DNA of 52,776 nucleotides, taken from contig CALRFZ010000001.1 in assembly GCA_943357015.1 (NCBI GenBank), forward strand, positions 1 to 52,776, written 5' to 3'. Below the pieces are notes generated by a model. The model was not told the origin of the DNA. It did not search any database and worked only from the letters and a program-made list of their open reading frames with translations. Origin of the DNA: Candidatus Staskawiczbacteria bacterium. Lineage in GTDB: Bacteria > Patescibacteriota > Minisyncoccia > Minisyncoccales > Staskawiczbacteraceae. Below are positions 48,998 through 52,776 of this stretch, in pieces. Every line of letters begins with the position of its first letter. Position 1 is the first letter of the stretch. Both the position numbers and the translations under genes were made by a program.

Positions 48998-49050
48998 ACA
49001 TTTCGTGGTCAAGCAAAACTGGCGAAACCCTAACGAAAGGAAAAACCGCC

Positions 49051-49662
49051 ATGTCTCAAGACGCCAAGCTCGTGTCTCGTATCGCCGAGTGCCTTCCTGA
49101 GATGTCCAAGGAGCAGAAACAGGGGTGGATCGAAAACCCCAAACGGCTCCAGCAGGTCCTCCAAGTCTTGGCCGAGATTCCTTCCGACCCTAAGGTCTGG
49201 AAGCGGATCACCATCGGTACGGGACTGAACACCGACGGCCTTCGTCAGGCCATGAAGGACAAGGGCATGCGTATTAGTGACTGGGCCAACGACATCCTCG
49301 GCAAACCCGCCTTCAGCGTGGCTACCGAAAAGATGGATGTGGACCTCGTCGTCGTCAGTGTCGAGGACTTGGGCTTCAAGGACGGAGCTACGCTCAAAGA
49401 CATCTACGCGGCCGCCAAAAAGCGTGGCCTCGAGCTCTGCCCAAACGAAGTCGGTCCCCAACTGCGTCTGCAGTACAAGGATCAGCCGAAAGACGAGTGG
49501 TTGCTTATCGGCATGGAGTCGTTTACCGTCTCGGACGGCGATCTCCGCGTGTTCCACGTCGCGCACGATGGCAGCGTTCTGTGGCTCTACACGTTCTATG
49601 ACTACCCGGACGGCCTCTGGCGCGGCAGCGATCGCTTCGTGTTCGTTCTCCCGCGCAAGTAG
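49051..49662 (+). CDS. DGR target protein 2 (paralog of target 1, C-terminal variable region)
   Basis: Start set at ATG 49051 (MSQDAKL), by homology of the leader and RBS with target 1. The track's 48979 start would run through the leader hairpin. 203 aa. The last 46 codons are VR2. Confidence 0.85.
   Translation: MSQDAKLVSRIAECLPEMSKEQKQGWIENPKRLQQVLQVLAEIPSDPKVWKRITIGTGLNTDGLRQAMKDKGMRISDWANDILGKPAFSVATEKMDVDLVVVSVEDLGFKDGATLKDIYAAAKKRGLELCPNEVGPQLRLQYKDQPKDEWLLIGMESFTVSDGDLRVFHVAHDGSVLWLYTFYDYPDGLWRGSDRFVFVLPRK
49522..49658 (+). repeat. DGR variable region VR2
   Basis: 137 bp collinear with the TR. I count 23 mismatches by hand, all at TR adenines. The A-free 3' tail is identical. Confidence 0.9.
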
Positions 49663-49737
49663 CTTCAGGTTGCTCTTGGTCTCTTGGATCTTCTGCCCTT
49701 TATTGGACATTTGGTTCCTTGAAACTCGGAAACAACA

Positions 49738-49782
49738 AACCCCTCAATGCAAACGGAAATTGCAAAGAGGGGTTCTTTTTTT
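49738..49782 (+). terminator. Intrinsic terminator after target 2
   Basis: aacccctc (49738-49745) pairs with gaggggtt (49767-49774), with an inner tgca/tgca pairing, followed by CTTTTTTT. Confidence 0.75.
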
Positions 49783-50028
49783 AAATCAATATGATAGTAT
49801 ATAAATCGGATAGTAGGCTATTATCAAGTCTGCGGTTACGGCTTCAGGCAGCCGAATTCTATATTTCAGGACTATGCAGAATCAAGGCGGTTACGGCTTC
49901 TTTGAGCGTCATACCTGATTAGTAAAAAATGAAGATACTTGGTGTAAAGCGTTAGGGTATAAAAGATACCGAATCAATTCAGCCCTGAGAGTATTCGAGG
50001 GGTGGTGGCAGGGGGAGACGCTTTATAC

Positions 50029-50165
50029 ATTACCGACTCGGACGGCGATCTCAACGTGTTCAACGTCGAACACAATGACAACGATCTGTGGCTCAACACG
50101 AACTATGACAACCCGGACAACATCTGGAACAGCAACAATCGCTTCGTGTTCGTTCTCCCGCGCAA
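50029..50165 (+). repeat. DGR template repeat (TR)
   Basis: Non-coding copy of the target C-terminus. About 40 adenines by hand count. 11 Asn codons in the VR frame (9 AAC and 2 AAT: ITDSDGDLNVFNVEHNDNDLWLNTNYDNPDNIWNSNNRFVFVLPR). It diverges from the VR flanks immediately after ...cgcgcaa (C versus G). The hairpin ctccgc/gcggag (50178-50198) follows. Confidence 0.9.
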
Positions 50166-50200
50166 CTCTCTTTATTTCTCCGCTTCAAAAGGGCGGAGTT

Positions 50201-50530
50201 TTACTTAACAGATTTAATCCAACCTCCGAGCATTTTCCCCACTTCAAGTAATTTTTCAGAAAGATTGATATATTTTTTATCGTCCAGCGATCGAATCTCC
50301 CAGGCAACCTGCAGGAAAAATTTGAGCAAGTCTAATTTAACAGAGGCACGTTTCAGAAAAATCTCTTTTTCTGCTTTATCAGAGTACCCGGCTTTTATGA
50401 CATTTTCTATGACTTCTAAAAACAAGCCATCAATTTTTTGTCCAAGGGTGTGGCGTGAATCTCTTGAGAAATTGGGCAGGATTTCATGCCACAGTTTGTA
50501 AATCAAAACCAACTTTTGGATTATGCTCAA
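50201..50530 (-). CDS. avd: Accessory variability determinant (Avd-like four-helix-bundle protein)
   Basis: 109 aa, basic and helical. IQKLVLIYKLWHEILPNFSRDSRHTLGQKIDGLFLEVIENVIKA fits the Avd pattern. It lies between the TR and the RT gene but on the opposite strand. TTG start as called, with no obvious SD, so the start is uncertain. Confidence 0.78.
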   Translation of the reverse strand: MSIIQKLVLIYKLWHEILPNFSRDSRHTLGQKIDGLFLEVIENVIKAGYSDKAEKEIFLKRASVKLDLLKFFLQVAWEIRSLDDKKYINLSEKLLEVGKMLGGWIKSVK

Positions 50531-50571
50531 ACCAAAAGGCTGGCTGGGGGGGGGTTAGAGGAAACGTTTTT

Positions 50572-51567
50572 ATGAAAATTAGACTGGACCATAAATTTGA
50601 AGATTTAATTGGTATGTTAAACCTGCTTTTGGCGTGGGAGGAGTTTATCAGGGGTAAACGAAACAAGAAAGACGTCCAAGAGTTCTATATGAACCTAATG
50701 GATAACATACTATCACTTCATTATGATTTGTCCAACAAAACATACAGCCACGGAGGATATGAGGAATTTAATATCTCCGACCCAAAGCCTAGGATTATAA
50801 ATAAAGCCAGCGTCCGGGACAGGCTTTTGCATCACGCTGTGTATAGAATATTGTATCCTTTCTTTGACCAAAAATTCATATCAGATTCTTTTTCCTGCCG
50901 TGATGAAAAAGGAACTCATAGGGCGCTTGAAAGGTTCACCTATTTTTATGGCAAAGTCAGTAGAAATAAAACAAGGACATCTTGGGTGTTAAAGTGTGAT
51001 ATTAAAAAATTCTTTCACTCAATCAGCCACCAAACACTATCAAAAATTCTCGAAGAGTGTATTCCAGACAGAGACATTATAAATCTTTTACGGGAGATAA
51101 TTATCAGTTTTAATTCAGGCAAAGCGGGTGTGGGTTTACCGCTGGGGAATTTAACCTCACAGCTTTTTGCTAACGTGTATATGAATGAGTTTGACCAATT
51201 TGTGAAGCACAAACTGAAAGTAAAATACTATATCAGATATGCGGACGATTTTGTGATTTTGTCAGAGAATAAAAGTTATTTGAACGAAATAATTCCGGCT
51301 ATCAGTAATTTTTTGCAAAATAATTTGAGCCTAACCTTGCACCCCGATAAAATCTACATTAAGACACTATATTCCGGTGTAGATTTTCTGGGGTGGGTGA
51401 ATTTCCCAAACCATAAAACTATCAGGAATCGGACAAAAAATAGGATACTAAAGCGGATTAAGGAAAACAGAAATTCAAAGACCTTGAGTTCTTATATCGG
51501 CCTACTTAAGCATGGTAATACTCGCACAGTTAAAGAAAGGGTCTTAAAATTATATGCTGAAAGTTAA
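50572..51567 (+). CDS. DGR-type reverse transcriptase
   Basis: Start set at ATG 50572 (MKIRLDH), with AGAGGA 8 nt upstream. The N-terminal region ..DPKPRIINKASVRDRLLHHAVYRILYPFFDQKFISDSFSCRDEKGTHRAL is typical of DGR RTs. The DGR-diagnostic LGNLTSQ motif is at 51142-51162 and YADD at 51238-51249. 331 aa. No maturase or endonuclease domain. Confidence 0.92.
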   Translation: MKIRLDHKFEDLIGMLNLLLAWEEFIRGKRNKKDVQEFYMNLMDNILSLHYDLSNKTYSHGGYEEFNISDPKPRIINKASVRDRLLHHAVYRILYPFFDQKFISDSFSCRDEKGTHRALERFTYFYGKVSRNKTRTSWVLKCDIKKFFHSISHQTLSKILEECIPDRDIINLLREIIISFNSGKAGVGLPLGNLTSQLFANVYMNEFDQFVKHKLKVKYYIRYADDFVILSENKSYLNEIIPAISNFLQNNLSLTLHPDKIYIKTLYSGVDFLGWVNFPNHKTIRNRTKNRILKRIKENRNSKTLSSYIGLLKHGNTRTVKERVLKLYAES

Positions 51568-51599
51568 AGATTTCTTATTTAGCCAGCTGTTGGTAACTA

Positions 51600-52776
51600 T
51601 GCTTCCCAAATCCCAATTATTAAGCTATAAGGGTGCATAACCTCACATACATCTTGGACTCTTTGAGGCCAAAATAGTATGCCGTTTTTTCACAAAATTC
51701 ATTGTAAGTACAAAGGTGTCAAAGGATTTATCACTGCCTACCAAGATGGGGTAAGATGGCAGTATATGATTACACAAAAAGCACAAAAGAAATTTAAAGC
51801 ACTCGTATTTTGGGAAAATCATGGCTTAAAGGCAACAATAGATGCCTTTGGAGTAAAAAGATCAACCTTGTTTGAGTGGCAAAGTAAATTCAATAAAGGG
51901 GGTAAAAAGCCCGAAGCTCTCAACGAAAAGAAAACTACACCCAAAACAAAAAGAAAGAGAATCTGGCCGTTTGAAATTCGTCAAAAGATCAAACAAATCC
52001 GTCGCAATCCAGTTTGCCCTAACCTTGGGCCAGAAAAGATTTTTCCTTTATTGCAGGTGTTTTGCAAAGAGCAAAACCTCATATGTCCCAGCTCTGCCAC
52101 CATCACCCGCATCATCGCCGATGACCCTGAAAAGATGCGCATATTCCCACAGCATGTATCTTATTTTGGCAAGATTAAAAAAGCCAATCGAAAAAAGGTT
52201 CTCCGCAAGCCAAAACACCTGCGCCCCGAGTATCCGGGCCACCTGATTGCCCTAGACACCATTGAAAAATTCATCGACGGCACGCGTCGCTACATTATTA
52301 CTTTTGAAGATATTTACAATCGATTTTCTTTTGCTTGGGCCACTACCAGTCATGCGTCCAAAGCCGCCGAGGAGTTTTTTGGTCTTTGTCAGAAAGCTTT
52401 TCCTTATTCGTTTAATTTTCTTTGGGTACTGACCGATAACGGTTCGGAATTTAAAAAACATTTTTCAGAAAAACTGAGAGAACTTCATTTAACTCACTAC
52501 CACACTTATCCTCGCACACCCAAAATGAATGCTCACGTGGAACGATTCAATCGCACCATTCAAGATGATTGGATTGATTGGCATATCCAAGATTTAAAAG
52601 ATCCTAATGTTTTTAACCGAGACCTAATGGATTATCTGATTTTTTACAACACCAAGCGAGTGCACTTTGCTTTCCAAAACAAACTCTCTCCAGTACAATT
52701 TATGATACAATGGCAAGAAAGCCGACCAGTTATTTTTAATCCAATCGAAAAGTCCAGAAGTGGGTGGGGTTATACA
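51600..52776 (+). mobile_element. Partial insertion sequence (IS481-like); ends not determinable
   Basis: The transposase gene is as described above. The left inverted repeat should lie in about 51570-51678, but it cannot be defined without the right end, which is outside the window. Confidence 0.5.
51679..52776 (+). CDS. IS481-like DDE (rve/integrase-core) transposase, 3'-truncated by window edge
   Basis: Not in the ORF track because there is no stop inside the window. The frame opens after TGA at 51664-51666, with the first ATG at 51679, and stays open for 366 codons to the edge. An N-terminal HTH (GVKRSTLFEWQSKF) is followed by the DDE core: ALDT..., LTDNGSEF, AHVERFNRTIQDD, YNTKRVH. Confidence 0.85.
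   Translation, partial: MPFFHKIHCKYKGVKGFITAYQDGVRWQYMITQKAQKKFKALVFWENHGLKATIDAFGVKRSTLFEWQSKFNKGGKKPEALNEKKTTPKTKRKRIWPFEIRQKIKQIRRNPVCPNLGPEKIFPLLQVFCKEQNLICPSSATITRIIADDPEKMRIFPQHVSYFGKIKKANRKKVLRKPKHLRPEYPGHLIALDTIEKFIDGTRRYIITFEDIYNRFSFAWATTSHASKAAEEFFGLCQKAFPYSFNFLWVLTDNGSEFKKHFSEKLRELHLTHYHTYPRTPKMNAHVERFNRTIQDDWIDWHIQDLKDPNVFNRDLMDYLIFYNTKRVHFAFQNKLSPVQFMIQWQESRPVIFNPIEKSRSGWGYT

Larger units (their letters stand above)
47919..51567 (+). other. Diversity-generating retroelement, whole cassette (target1-VR1, target2-VR2, TR, avd, RT)
   Basis: See the component features. There are three 137-bp near-repeats whose differences are confined to adenines of the copy next to the RT gene. Confidence 0.9.

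Noticed and set aside
48979-49050. N-terminal extension of target 2 in the ORF track (MIYCCDYISWSSKTGETLTKGKTA)
   Set aside because: The extension runs through the conserved leader hairpin. The homologous position in target 1 is non-coding, and the conserved RBS-ATG is at 49051.
49030-49710. 226-aa minus-strand ORF and the 175-aa +2-frame ORF (49277-49804) over DGR target 2
   Set aside because: The same GC-driven shadow effect applies. The real frame is fixed by homology to target 1 and by the codon-phased A-site substitutions.
50002-50208. 68-aa ORF (MVAGGDALYITDSDGDLNVFNVEHNDNDLWLNTNYDNPDNIWNSNN...)
   Set aside because: This is the template repeat read in the VR frame, not a gene. It has a GTG start, no RBS and an N-rich sequence, and it corresponds to only the last 46 codons of the targets.
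50455-50571. 39-codon N-terminal extension of the RT ORF overlapping avd
   Set aside because: It overlaps the avd coding region on the other strand. DGR RT homology begins at MKIRLDH (50572), which has an RBS-like AGAGGA.
50572-51567. RT as a group II intron maturase or retron RT
   Set aside because: It has the I/LGxxxSQ motif (LGNLTSQ) rather than the QGxxxSP of group II introns. There is no X/maturase or En domain, and I saw no domain V/VI-like RNA and no msr/msd-like inverted repeats next to it. The adjacent TR/VR system explains it.
51872-52246. 124-aa + ORF and minus-strand ORFs 52048-52242 and 52252-52461
   Set aside because: These are alternative frames inside the long open transposase frame (51679 to the window end), which shows HTH and DDE motifs.
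46239-52776. Calling the island a prophage
   Set aside because: No capsid, tail, terminase or lysis genes are visible in the window. Only a recombinase, the DGR and an IS are present, so 'integrative element of unknown type' is as far as the data go.
1-52776. CRISPR arrays, rRNA genes
   Set aside because: I scanned for regularly spaced direct repeats and rRNA-like conserved blocks and found none. The only multi-copy repeats are the DGR VR/TR set and short local duplications.

Overview
This is an AT-rich bacterial chromosome segment, about one-third GC by eye, with short intergenic regions. The reduced gene set looks like Candidate Phyla Radiation / Patescibacteria; that lineage call is inference only.

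- **1-19.2 kb:** a surface-glycan biosynthesis locus. It holds GT2, GT4 and GT10-like transferases, an RmlC-like epimerase, an FkbM methyltransferase, SDR epimerases, a fused cytidylyltransferase-dehydratase, a GNAT, a WecA/MraY-family initiating transferase, a DegT aminotransferase and a CapD/PglF-like dehydratase. Two GC-richer single-gene inserts sit inside it.
- **19.3-45.3 kb:** housekeeping genes: murB, hpf, secA, secD, secF, pgk, a recJ-like gene, rnhA, RNase P RNA, murJ, lepA and dinB. There are also several membrane or secreted proteins and a membrane-protein plus VirD4/TraG-like ATPase pair.
- **45.4-46.3 kb:** a tRNA cluster with an atypical initiator-like tRNA(CAT), tRNA-Met(CAT), tRNA-Asp(GTC) and a four-helix-bundle gene.
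- **46.4-52.8 kb:** an accessory island directly downstream of tRNA-Asp. It holds a large serine recombinase, a complete diversity-generating retroelement (DGR) and an IS481-like DDE transposase that runs off the window.

The DGR is the main result. It has two tandem, strikingly GC-rich paralogous target genes. Each ends in a 137-bp variable region (VR1 48612-48748, VR2 49522-49658). A 137-bp Asn-codon-rich template repeat (TR 50029-50165) lies downstream, followed by an inverted avd-like four-helix-bundle gene and a DGR-type reverse transcriptase with LGNLTSQ and YADD motifs. By my hand alignment, VR1 differs from the TR at 15 positions and VR2 at 23. Every difference falls on a TR adenine.
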